From contig OZ024742.1 of the NCBI GenBank assembly GCA_964016885.1, positions 18,972,001 to 19,036,000 on the forward strand: a DNA stretch of 64,000 nucleotides. The letters are read 5' to 3'. This stretch comes from Eledone cirrhosa. Taxonomy: Eukaryota. The notes below the pieces were generated by a model, which was given only the letters and a program-made list of their open reading frames with translations, did not search any database and was not told the origin of the DNA. A program made the translations under genes and the position numbers. Shown here piece after piece: positions 53,116-64,000 of the stretch (the stretch's first letter is position 1; the number at the start of each line of letters is the position of its first letter).

Positions 53116-53806
53116 CAGACAAATATTTGAAGAAAATCATAAGGAACTACATCACGGATCATGATGGGAAAGTTACTAGGAAAACCATCGTAAATACCAC
53201 ATCCGTTCTCTACAGACTTCCCCCAAAAAATACAATTAATGACAGAACCAATATCAACAACACAACAAAATGTTACAATGAAGACACTAACAATGAAGGA
53301 AGAATCGTTAGCCTCGCCAGTTGGAATGGCTCTTCCAGCGCATCTCCCTTACCATCCTCTGGGGAAACAACTTCTCCATCCAGTCAGCTGGGGCTGTGGG
53401 GAGGCCAGTACGTGGACCCCATTTGCTCACCATACAGATTAATAGGCAAAGTTATAAACCATTGTAAATATTTTTAAAAATATATATACTTCCATTTAAG
53501 ACAAAGAAGAGTTACTTGTACGTCTATCAACACCAAGACCTATTACTCTTGACTAATTTAAGAGTGGCCACAACACACGCCAATAGCTTCGACTTCAACT
53601 ATAAGATAAAACCTTAAACAACTAGAAACGTTGATAATGGTTTTCCAAACTTTATTGTTCCAAGCAATCTGCAAGGAACTAATACGGATATATGAATGAA
53701 AAATAAAAGAATAAAAAATAACAGAAAACTAGAACACAAGTAGAACACAACTGGGTTTGCACAGTAATGCAGACGAAAATGTACACACACACACACACAG
53801 ACACAG

Positions 53807-53839
<33 letters not shown>

Positions 53840-53999
53840 ATATATATAAATGGCTTCTTCAGGTCTAGAACTGAGTGAAGTAGTTCTCGTCCTGTAGAAG
53901 CCATTTCTATATTAAATATTTACACTCTGCTATGTATTGAGTGCCGTACTTACTGTGATTACCCCCGATTGAACTCGGGATAGACTTATATATATATAT

Positions 54000-54610
54000 A
54001 TGGTGGCTGCCAACTCGTTTTCGAGTACGGCCACTACTTTATATCCATGTAGGAGAACCCCTACCGATGCGCTGAACGAATGTGACTTTTTAGTCCAGCC
54101 AGCGACTTGAAAACTCTGGTACAAAGACTACACTTGTGACCATTATTGACACATAGTGCAGGGCCCATGGTACCATGTGATGACAAGTGCAGAGAGATCT
54201 CCAGATATAAAGCAATGCCTGTGCTGTGAAGCTTTTATAGTGAGCAAAGGCACTGCACAAAGCCAGTCCCACTCTCTTAACCAAGATGATATTTACCAAA
54301 AAGAAGAACAAGTCAACATCATTGGATACCATCAGGGTTGCAGGTGTTATATCAGAGTTTTCCTTCTCCTAGAATTCTGCCTTGACAAAGGCTAAGGGGT
54401 CATCTCTCCCGGTGATTTTGGATGGCTATTGAGTCTTAAGAGCTCCCTTGCCCTTTGACAGGTTTTGTTTTTAGTCCTGCAGGATGTCCAAAGTCACCCT
54501 CCTCACCAAGAAACCTTGGTGGGGTTGCCAGTTTAGTCGCCAACGACCCGACCATGAGACAGGTTGTACTGGGATACATGTTACCAGTAGCACCAACTGG
54601 TGACCTGACA
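54000..54610 (-). mobile_element. RTE-5'UTR-related short element between (TA)n tracts
   Basis: Homologous to 19625-20120. Confidence 0.68.
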
Positions 54611-54612
54611 TA

Positions 54613-54657
<45 letters not shown>

Positions 54658-54950
54658 CTATAAATTATGTCCATAGAATCATTTGATAAGATATATACTC
54701 CATTTCCTCTCCCAATTAGCATAATCAACCACACAAAAAACCAATTAAACCAGGCTATAAGATTAAAAGTCACCCATGAAGAAATAATAGCTAAATAAAC
54801 GACAGCCATCTATTCGCGATCAACAGCTATAAATATTTACCCACCATTTCAATAGCACGTGGAAATCGATTAAATATATCGTCAACCATACACAATTAGG
54901 TATAAAATTAAAGTTAGAAGAAAAAATGCATATACACATACCAGGATTAC

Positions 54951-55041
<91 letters not shown>

Positions 55042-55168
55042 GATGAATTCAGTTTGAAACTGGTTAGACCATTACTCAAAAGAATACTTGATAATTCGTA
55101 TAGTGTGTGACTATATTAGAACAAATCTGGCCCCAACAGCTTAGCTCAGCCATCGGACCCCGACACTT

Positions 55169-55268
<100 letters not shown>

Positions 55269-55318
55269 CCATATATATATATATATATATATAAATATAT
55301 ATGTGTGTGTGTGTCCAG

Positions 55319-55352
<34 letters not shown>

Positions 55353-56021
55353 TGTGTGTGTGTGTGTGTGTGTGAACATCAATTATTTAGCCAATTCCTC
55401 ATTTCCTATGCCTTATACTTCGCTACCATCACATATCATCCATCTCATTATCATCTATTTGAATTATACGCAAGCCATTTAATTGTAATTAAATTTTAAC
55501 GCAATTAACAAAAGATTTAAGGGGAATTCACACAAAATTATATTAGGCTCTATTAAATATTTGTGAATGTCTATTTCTCTTTTCTTAGCATTCACACTTC
55601 ACCATTTTCTATCCTAGACAAAGTTAAGTGCTTCTCAGCTTAAAATGGTAATTAAAACTGAGTGGTGAATCTAAATTACATGTACGTCGAACACAGCCAA
55701 TATTAGTTATGTAAAATGTTTTGCCTACTGACAATAAAGAAACACTTTTAGAACGCGAATATTCTTCATATTTAAATCATACCTTAACTTTAAAGTCCCC
55801 TTGGTTATATTTAATTATATATATGAGAGTCCAATTAGAGCCGAAAATCGATTAAAGGTGTTTATCCTTTTTGTTTTTAAATTTACAGGGAGATTCTTAT
55901 TTTCTGGCATGTTTCCATATCAACATATTAGACGTGTGTATGTATTTATATACACGTTGGTCCAGTCTCGGTTACCTACTATCTATTTATACAGAAGTAA
56001 CTATATATATATATATATATA

Positions 56022-56665
56022 GTTAAAAGAATAGAGGTGTAACACACAAGTTATTATATATTGGTAAACGGAATAGAAAATGCTGACAAATTGTTCACAG
56101 TTGAAAAATAATGGTTTAATTAGGAATAAAAGAGTATTAGTGATTGTATGGGTTAGTATTCAGTTGTGGTTTTAAGTTTTTAAGTTTTTACCGGTTGCGC
56201 ATTTCTAAATGCTTTTCAAAAATAATTTTGAGATAGAGTGTCCGTGTTGTTTGCTCTGATCTGATTAGTTTTGGGAATTCTACCTGTTTTTATGTTAAAA
56301 AAGTGGCTCCAGCGTTACTTTGGTGTTGCAAAAATTCTTGTGGTCAAAACAATTTTGATTGGTCGGTAGAGGTCATGTGAATGTTTTGACCACAAGAATT
56401 TTTGCAACACCAAAGTAACGCTGGAGCCACTTTTTTAACATAAAAACAGGTAGAATTCCCAAAACTAATCAGATCAGAGCAAACAACACGGACACTCTAT
56501 CTCAAAATTATTTTTGAAAAGCATTTAGAAATATGCGCAACCGGTAAAAACTTAAAAACTTAAAACCACAACTGAATACTAACCCATACAATCACTAATA
56601 CTCTTTTATTCCTAATTAAACCATTATTTTTCAACTGTGAACAATTTGTCAGCATTTTCTATTCC

Positions 56666-56671
<6 letters not shown>
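56022..56671. mobile_element. Near-perfect 288-bp inverted repeat (30-bp spacer) between (TA)n tracts, with HHR-like motifs
   Basis: 56064-56351 is the reverse complement of 56382-56671, apart from a 2-bp indel that I could see. Each arm has UUGAAAA-GCAUUU ag AAAUGC-GCAACCGGUA. Confidence 0.92.
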
Positions 56672-56755
<84 letters not shown>

Positions 56756-56827
56756 TTATTTATATATACATATATATACATACATATATATGGACGCATC
56801 CTAGAAACCATACGACATATACATACA

Positions 56828-56863
<36 letters not shown>

Positions 56864-56869
<6 letters not shown>

Positions 56870-57471
56870 CAAGGTCTAGCAAATAGAGAAAATGTTTTAA
56901 AATAAATTTTCTAAAATTCGCAGTACTTACTATATGTGCCTTTACCGCGGTTTCATGCTCCTGAATAAACGGAAAATCCAAGCGGATTTCCATTGAGAAG
57001 GGAGCAATCTTCAGAGGGCTCTTCTCCCTCGGAGAATATAAAATTCCTGAGTTCAAATCATAAACTGACGCCATACAAAACCATTCCGAAATGAGAGCGA
57101 ATGATGAAAGAAATAATTCTGTCTGGTGCCGTGTGCAAAGACAAAAGGCAGGGTGGACAGGTCAATGTCCTTCCACTAGAAATAGCAGCAGTCCAAACGG
57201 CCAAAATTGTGTCTCTACCTTAGGGGGAGATCAATAATAATAAAGTATGAATTCCTACGCGTAAAAAAATACATATAGGGAAACAAGTATTATCCAACCG
57301 TATGCCAATGTGGGGTTCTATGGCGGGTTAATAAATTAACAAGCCAGAACATATAATATCAAGGTCTAGCAAATAGAGATAATGTTTTAAAATAAATTTT
57401 TAAAAATTCGCAGTACTTACTATATGTGCCTTTACCGCGGTTTCATGCTCCAGAATAAACGGAAAATCCAA
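56864..57471 (-). mobile_element. Partial-tandem (490 bp period) HHR element between (TA)n tracts
   Basis: 56869-56981 is repeated at 57359-57471. There is a complete HHR at 56938-57019 and the 3' half of one at 57428-57471. Confidence 0.88.
56938..57019 (-). ncRNA. Type I hammerhead ribozyme, extended/branched stem II
   Basis: GCCCU-CUGAAGA-U-UGCUCC...(ggaaaucc gcuu ggauuuucc)...GGAGCA-U-GAAAC-CGCG-GUA-AAGGC. Confidence 0.8.
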
Positions 57472-57604
57472 ATATATATATATATATATATACTCAAATC
57501 CAAAATTAGACTTATTATTTCTTACTTTTGCTCTTTACTCTCTTTACTCTTTGTTCTTGAATGTTTGGTTGGTAGAGTCCATAACACCAATCAAACCCCT
57601 TTTA

Positions 57605-57653
57605 TAGCTCTGACGAATCCTACGGTTACGTAAGGAAGAAACATTGTAAGCCA
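57605..57653 (+). ncRNA. Type I hammerhead ribozyme (canonical core)
   Basis: UAGCU-CUGACGA-A-UCCUACG guua CGUaAGGA-A-GAAAC-auu-GUA-AGCCA, within a ~200-bp insert (57492-57697) between (TA)n tracts. Confidence 0.78.
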
Positions 57654-57693
57654 ATAAAAATCTTTTGATGTTGTAGACGCTCTTGTGTTCTTT

Positions 57694-57757
<64 letters not shown>

Positions 57758-57760
57758 GTC

Positions 57761-57806
<46 letters not shown>

Positions 57807-58110
57807 GACCAATAAGGTTCAAAACAGCCAGTACAAAAAATACTTAGAGCAAATTAAAACAAAGTAATGTTTTACCCAGTATATTTCAACTTGATATTTC
57901 AGGGTTTATACCCTGTTTTCAAATGAGGGTCTGAAACAGTTCAAAACAAAACGAACGATCGATGTGTTCTTCGTTAGCTGTCTTACGAATGGAACTCCTT
58001 AACCATTCAGCCATGTTATGTCCACTCACACCTTCATAACCATATGTATGTACGTATGTATGTATGTATGTATGTATGTATGTATGTATGTATGTATGTA
58101 TGTATGTATG

Positions 58111-58207
<97 letters not shown>

Positions 58208-58254
58208 TTATGTAGGTGTGTGTGGACATAACATGGCTGAATGGTTAAGGAGTT

Positions 58255-58329
<75 letters not shown>

Positions 58330-59237
58330 CTCATAACCACACATAATGCATGGATGAAGCTTAAATGCAATTATGGATGGATACTTTCACTAATATAAAT
58401 TACGTATTTGTACACAGTGACTCACGATATTATATAATGTGATATAGAAACCTTTATCTCTATATCGTTTATCATTGGTTCCAGTTCAGTGAGCTGTGGA
58501 TATTCTACATGAGCACCATCAATTGATTCACAAGTAAGCCGAGCTGCCGTTTTCATCGGTGAACAACCAATCGTTGCAATAGTGATAATCTTTCTAAATT
58601 GTCATAAATCACAATTACATTGTAAGAACCATAACTGAGTGATATCAACATTTCCACAGAGACTAAAATACGTATAAACACACTGATATCTATAATGTAA
58701 TGTTTTCTTATACAACCTTACCCAACATCAAAATACAGCAAGACTAAAATAGTTGGCCCACTACCACCACAACCACCACCACTGGACATTTATCAAGTTT
58801 AAGTGAAATTAAAATAACAACCACAACAGATAAACTCTTCGTACTAAAGACTGTGTGGAGCTACGTCCACACATTATCAGAGTTATGATATCATACAATA
58901 TAACCCTACACTAACCTACCAAACAAGAAAGTACAAGTCTAAACTTCACAAAACGAACCATACAGAATACAATACCCCATGTAAACACCATTAAAATTAA
59001 AACCACAACAGGAAAATCATTCGTACCAGAAACCTTTCAACAGGGAGGTTAGTCGAAGGACTATCAGATGCATGATATAATATATATTTGTTTATACAAC
59101 CCTACCGAAAACTAAATACAAGCTGCAATTTTCCAAAGATACACCACCAGTTAAATGAATATTACACATACATAATATAATATATAAAACGCACACATAT
59201 TGATATATATATACCATATATATCAATATATATATAG

Positions 59238-60098
59238 ATCAGGTTATGAAAGTGGCAGAAAGGATAGTAGCGCAACTAATTAGAGAAAGGGTCAAACTAG
59301 ATGAGATGCAGCTTGGATTTGTGCCTGGGAAAAGTACAACAGATGCCCTCTTCTTAGTGAGACAACTACAAGAGAGGTTATTACAGAAGAATAAGCCACT
59401 ATACTTAGCTTTTGTTGACCTAGAGAAGGCCTTTGATAGGGTACTCCGATCTGTCATCTGTTGGTCCCTAAGGAAATTAGGTGTTGAGGAATGGCTTGTG
59501 AAGACAGTGCAAGCTTTGTACAGAAGTGCTGTCAGTAAAGTGAAGGTAGGAATCTAGTTTAGTGAGGAATACTAGATACAGGGTTCGGTCCTCATCCCGC
59601 TCTTGTTCATTATAGTCCTCAAAGCCATAACAGAGGAGTTTAAGACTGGCTGCCCATGGGAACTTCTCTATGCTGACGATCTGGTTCTGATAGCAGAATC
59701 AGTAGAGAAGCTAGAGAATAAATTCTAGCCATGGAAACAGCAGTTGGGATTAAGAGGGCTGAGAGTGATCGTAGCTCAGATAAAGGTGTTGATGAGTAGA
59801 AAAGAGGACAACACTCTGATTCCGTCAGGGAAATGGCCATATTCGATATGCAGAAAAGGAACTGGCTTTGAGAGAGGATGACCGATGGGTGAAGAAGTGC
59901 CAGGAAATGCCAGTTGAAGGAAGACGTGGTAGAGGTAGACCACGAAAAACATGGGCGAAGGTGATGTGAGCAGACCTCAGATCGCTGAAACTCACGGTGG
60001 GGATGACGAAGGAACGTGACAAGTGGAGAGATGCTGTGCTGAATAAGACCCGTCCCACCCTTGCAAGCAGGGAAAAGTGGACGTAAAATGATGATGAT
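59238..60098 (+). mobile_element. RTE (BovB-like) LINE, truncated and internally deleted
   Basis: MQLGFVPGKSTTDALFLVRQLQE...AFVDLEKAFDRV, QGSVL.PLLF, LLYADDLVL and VEGRRGRGRPRKTW, with an (ATG)n tail and multiple stops. Confidence 0.9.
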
Positions 60099-60135
60099 AT
60101 ATACAGAGAGGGAGAGAGAGAGAAATTAGTATATG

Positions 60136-60166
<31 letters not shown>

Positions 60167-61946
60167 ATGACCCCAGTACAGGACTCGTATTTTATTTATC
60201 AATCCCAGCACACTGTAAATGTGGTTGGCGTTAGGAAAGGCATCCAGCCATAGAAACCAAGCCAGAAACAGTTCTGTGTGAGCAAAACACGGTCACCTGA
60301 CCCAAATTACCACTAACGGGGCAACTCGTCTAACCCGTCAAAGAGAGGACAAACGAGAGACAAACGAAAAACCATTATTTAAGGGGAAAATTTAAACAAA
60401 AATACAAACAAAGGACACAGAACTCCAGGGTCATCGGCCGTTGAGGTGGACTTTGGCAGTTTCGACCCCTACCAACGGTACTGCTAATCCACTCTGGGTC
60501 ACGGCGTCTGACAAGCCAAACACTGTCCAGTGGAGGAAGAGATGAGGGACCAAACATTAATTTATAGCAATTAAGGTAAAACAAGTACACATTGAATTTT
60601 ATATGACGTCAAGGAGAGAGAGAAAGAGAGAGAGAGAGAAAGAGAGAGAGAGAGTGAGTGAGAGAGACAGAGATACAGAGAGAGAGACTCGTTAATACAC
60701 ACGAGAGGAAAACAACCCTGTTGCTATGTCTATAAGATGTTGTTTTAAGATTAAATGATAGAGTTACATTGAAATATTATAACTTGAAAAATAATCCAGA
60801 ATGTTAATCACTCGAAATATAGACTTGCTGCCATTTTGTTTGAAAACGATACCTGACGTAATACAAATGAGAGCTCTATTGTACTGAAGCCCAGTATAAG
60901 GACTGGATGTATTATATAGTGCAAAATAGGAGAGCTGCCACAACTGAAGCTCAGTAGAAGGCTTGGGTATGTTATCTAGTGTATATATCGTAAAGAGAAC
61001 TAGCTAAAAACACACAAAACAAAACAGTTACTCAGTTAATCAATATTAAAACCACAACAGAAAAATCTCTTCATACCAGAGACATTTCAACTTGAATCTT
61101 AGTTCACTCAATACCAGATGTTGTGGGAGGGAAAGGCGATGAGAAATAGTAACATCATTGCAACGCTTGTGGTGTCTAACATATTGTTTACGTTTTCTCT
61201 GGATTACTGGTGAGTGTCCAGTTGGAGCAATGTTTTGTAGTTCTGTGTACATTTCCTTCTCTGAAACATTCCTATATAGATCAGAAGTTATTGGATATAG
61301 AATCAGTTCAATTACTTACCAACTTTGATTCACTGCAATTGCTTGCGTTATTTTCATGCTGCCTTTATTTCGAACATAATCCAGTAGAATATCGTGAATG
61401 ATCGCAATTCTCTTCGAGAAATAACTGACCAAACTAACACGGTAATATCTACGTCACCACTAGATCTACTAGAAATAGCAATTAAAGCCTTCTTGAATCT
61501 AAAGGAAGGATACGCTTAATGATATAATGCTAGATATATAAAGACAATATGGTCAAGTTTGGAACATTATTGATTATATATCTGCTTGATCAAGGATGAT
61601 CTAGAGCTAAATAACAATATTAATGACCGATCTGGCGCAATGGAAACCCGATTTATGTCAAATTAAATAACTTAGTTAAATATCATAGTTAAACAGTGAT
61701 ATTATGTAGCTATTGAAGTTTATAGATATGTAGAAATTCATAGATTAATTTCATTTGAAAGTAGCAGTTATTTTACGTCATTCTCTTTATGACGCCGTAT
61801 CGTTGAATCAAAAATGTCTTTATGTTGGAAACAAATCTTTTCAGGGTTACTGAAATTGTAGCCGTGAACAAAATGTATTGGAAGTACGTATAGTTTTAGA
61901 AAAAAAATATACAGTGTAAGAAATTGTATTTTTTTTTCATAAATCC

Positions 61947-62928
61947 ATGATGGAAGGTTCCCAAGGCGAATATCAAGTGGGTTCGGAAGAGGAATTAATC
62001 ACTAAAGAAGTTTCAAAAGAAACATCTAATAGCTTATTGGTGTTACGAAAGGCTGGTGAATTATGTGATGCAGTGATCAAAGTAGATGATGAAAAAATAC
62101 CTGTTCACCGTATTATATTAGCTGCAGCCTGTCCCTACTTTCGAGTTTTGTTTACAAACAGTAAATTTGAATCTGACCGTCATACTGTCAATATTACGGA
62201 TATCTCGGCTCCAATTATGAGTAAAATTGTTGACTACATGTATACGAATATTTGTGAAATAAATGATGAAAATGTAAGTGATATTTTGATTGCTTCGGAT
62301 TATCTGAACATGACCCACTTACAAGATCTTTGTTGTGATTATTTATCATCAAAGATTTCAGTTATTACATGCCTCAGTATAGAAAGTTTTGCAAAGAAGT
62401 ATTTCTGTGAGAAACTTCGACAGAAAGCACATAAATTCATATTATATAATTTTACGAAAATTTATTCAAAATGTGAAGATTTTTTACTTCTTAGTGATAA
62501 CGCACTTCATGATATATTAGGTTCGGAAGAATTGAATATTAAATCAGAAGAGATCGCTTTCGAGGCTATCATAAAATGGATTGATTTTGATCCGCTTCCG
62601 CGGAAATGTCATATCGCTAAACTATTACAAAACGTGCGTCTAGCACTTTTATCAACCAATTATTTTGTGGAAAAAGTAAAAGTACACCCATATGTTCACG
62701 AGAATAAAGACTGTAAATCTCTTGTTATTGAGGCGTTGAAGATTCTATACGATTTAGACATCAATGAAAATAATTTATTAACCGACGACATTAGTATTGC
62801 ACGACCTAGATTACCGTATGAAATTATCTTCGTTTTTGGAGGCTGGAGCGGTAGATATGCTACGAATCTAATGGAGACGTATGATCCTCGGGCAAATCGC
62901 TGGATGAAATGTAAAGGAATAAAATCTG
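61947..62928 (+). CDS. KLHL10: Kelch-like protein 10-like (BTB, BACK, start of first Kelch repeat), first coding exon
   Basis: LCDAVIKVDDEKIPVHRIILAAACPYFRVLFT (BTB), EELNIKSEEIAFEAIIKWI...VRLALL (BACK), and RPRLPYEIIFVFGGWSG..TN.METYDPRANRW, which matches the KLHL10 signature from memory. The probable donor is tctg|GTATGA at 62929. The remaining exons lie outside the window. Confidence 0.9.
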
Positions 62929-63059
62929 GTATGATATTACATTATAGTATTATTCCTCCTTTTAATATTTAGTCCTGTAGTAATCGTGCATACACACATA
63001 TATATATATATATATATAACTGAAAAACATATATGGCTTAGTGAGAAGGTTGATTTTGG

Positions 63060-63445
63060 ACACCCGGCGGGATGAAAAATATATCCCATGAAATGGTGGC
63101 GGAACTCAGCAAAGTCAACGGCCATCCAATAATGCTTCTTTTTTTGTGGAGCGAAAGATCCGTAGTCTTCGTTAAGACATCTCTCTGGGAGAAGGTCACT
63201 CTGATATGAAACCTACGACTTCATTTGCATCCAATGTTGTAGACCAGTTCTTCGTTTGGAGTAAATACCTTCGATGTTCAGAGAGTGGGATTAGCTCCGT
63301 GCAATGTCTTTCCTCACTTAAAAAAGCTTCAAGCACAGGCATCACTTGATATTTTTGCGATGCATCGTATTGCTGGCCATAGGCAGTTCCCTAGCAGGAC
63401 AACACATCCGTATCAAGCGATGGCATTACTCGAAGTCGAGTTGCA

Positions 63446-63452
<7 letters not shown>
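63060..63452 (+). mobile_element. RTE-5'UTR-related short element
   Basis: ctgggagaaggtcactctgatatgaaacc and the 3' actcgaagtcgagttgcagccatca terminus, as in the 19625 and 54000 copies. Confidence 0.55.
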
Positions 63453-63488
<36 letters not shown>

Positions 63489-63579
63489 TTGACGGAACTA
63501 GCATGAGTATCACTCCTAGGGCCAGGAACGGTTGCGTCTCAGCGTACTCAATAGGTAATGTACATATATATATATGTAT

Positions 63580-63665
<86 letters not shown>

Positions 63666-63711
63666 GACAACATACATTGTGTGTGTGTATATATATATAT
63701 ATGTATATATG

Positions 63712-64000
63712 TATGATGATGGACTTTCCTGTCAATTCGACGTGTGAGGATTCAACAATCTTTTCAGTTCATTGTTTTATGTTTATGCCTCAAATGGCAC
63801 TTCAATGCAGCTGCTGATTTACTCATCAATCAGCATTTGGTGCAGGTGACAGGATCTTGAACAGAGCAGACTGGAAGGCCTTACCAGACCCTGGTGTCAG
63901 ATCTTATCTCCCAGAGGTGGACTAAACGAGATTTCCCAAAGTTCTCTATACCTTTGTGGCAGACGATCCTCCGTCTTTTACGGTTGGCAGTCATGGCTTC
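63712..64000 (-). mobile_element. RTE-type LINE 3' end (C-terminal zinc-finger relic)
   Basis: The minus frame reads EAMTANRKRRRIVCHKGIENF...TCTKC*LMSKSAAALKCHLR, followed by a (CAT)n tail. Confidence 0.55.

Noticed and set aside
53052-53477. 141-aa ORF
   Set aside because: It is a mosaic of a SINE end and an unassigned repeat, with no recognisable domain.
53845-53910. Hairpin containing CUGAAGA / CUGUAGA
   Set aside because: I cannot assemble a three-way junction, so it is kept only as a repeat hairpin.
55039-55075. GAAACUGGUU possible 3' half of an HHR
   Set aside because: The 5' core is absent (replaced by (TA)n), so it cannot be verified.

Overview
AT-rich eukaryotic (metazoan) genomic DNA. 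The dense (TA)n/(CA)n microsatellites and the tRNA-derived SINE families suggest an octopus/cephalopod, but this is inference only. Two host genes flank the window: the terminal exon plus a probable ~4 kb 3' UTR of a single-pass membrane protein (2123-2454), and the first coding exon of a KLHL10-like BTB-BACK-Kelch gene (61947-62928). Between them lie a near full-length CR1-clade LINE with a PHD-finger ORF1, two Penelope-like (PLE) RT/GIY-YIG relics, RTE and R4/Dong LINE fragments, non-autonomous Helitrons (including a head-to-tail tandem), many SINEs, several minisatellites and an 8 kb pentamer satellite. The most striking signal is a population of short non-coding elements inserted in (TA)n tracts. 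They are arranged as tandem (~490 and ~531 bp period) or inverted repeats and carry type I hammerhead ribozyme (HHR) motifs. I read about 9 motifs with a canonical core and about 10 variant or degenerate ones, from many unrelated sequence families. These include U3-A8 compensatory core variants and HHRs with greatly extended stem II. They look like a diverse set of retrozyme-like or non-autonomous PLE elements. All structures were folded by eye and none is experimentally or computationally verified.
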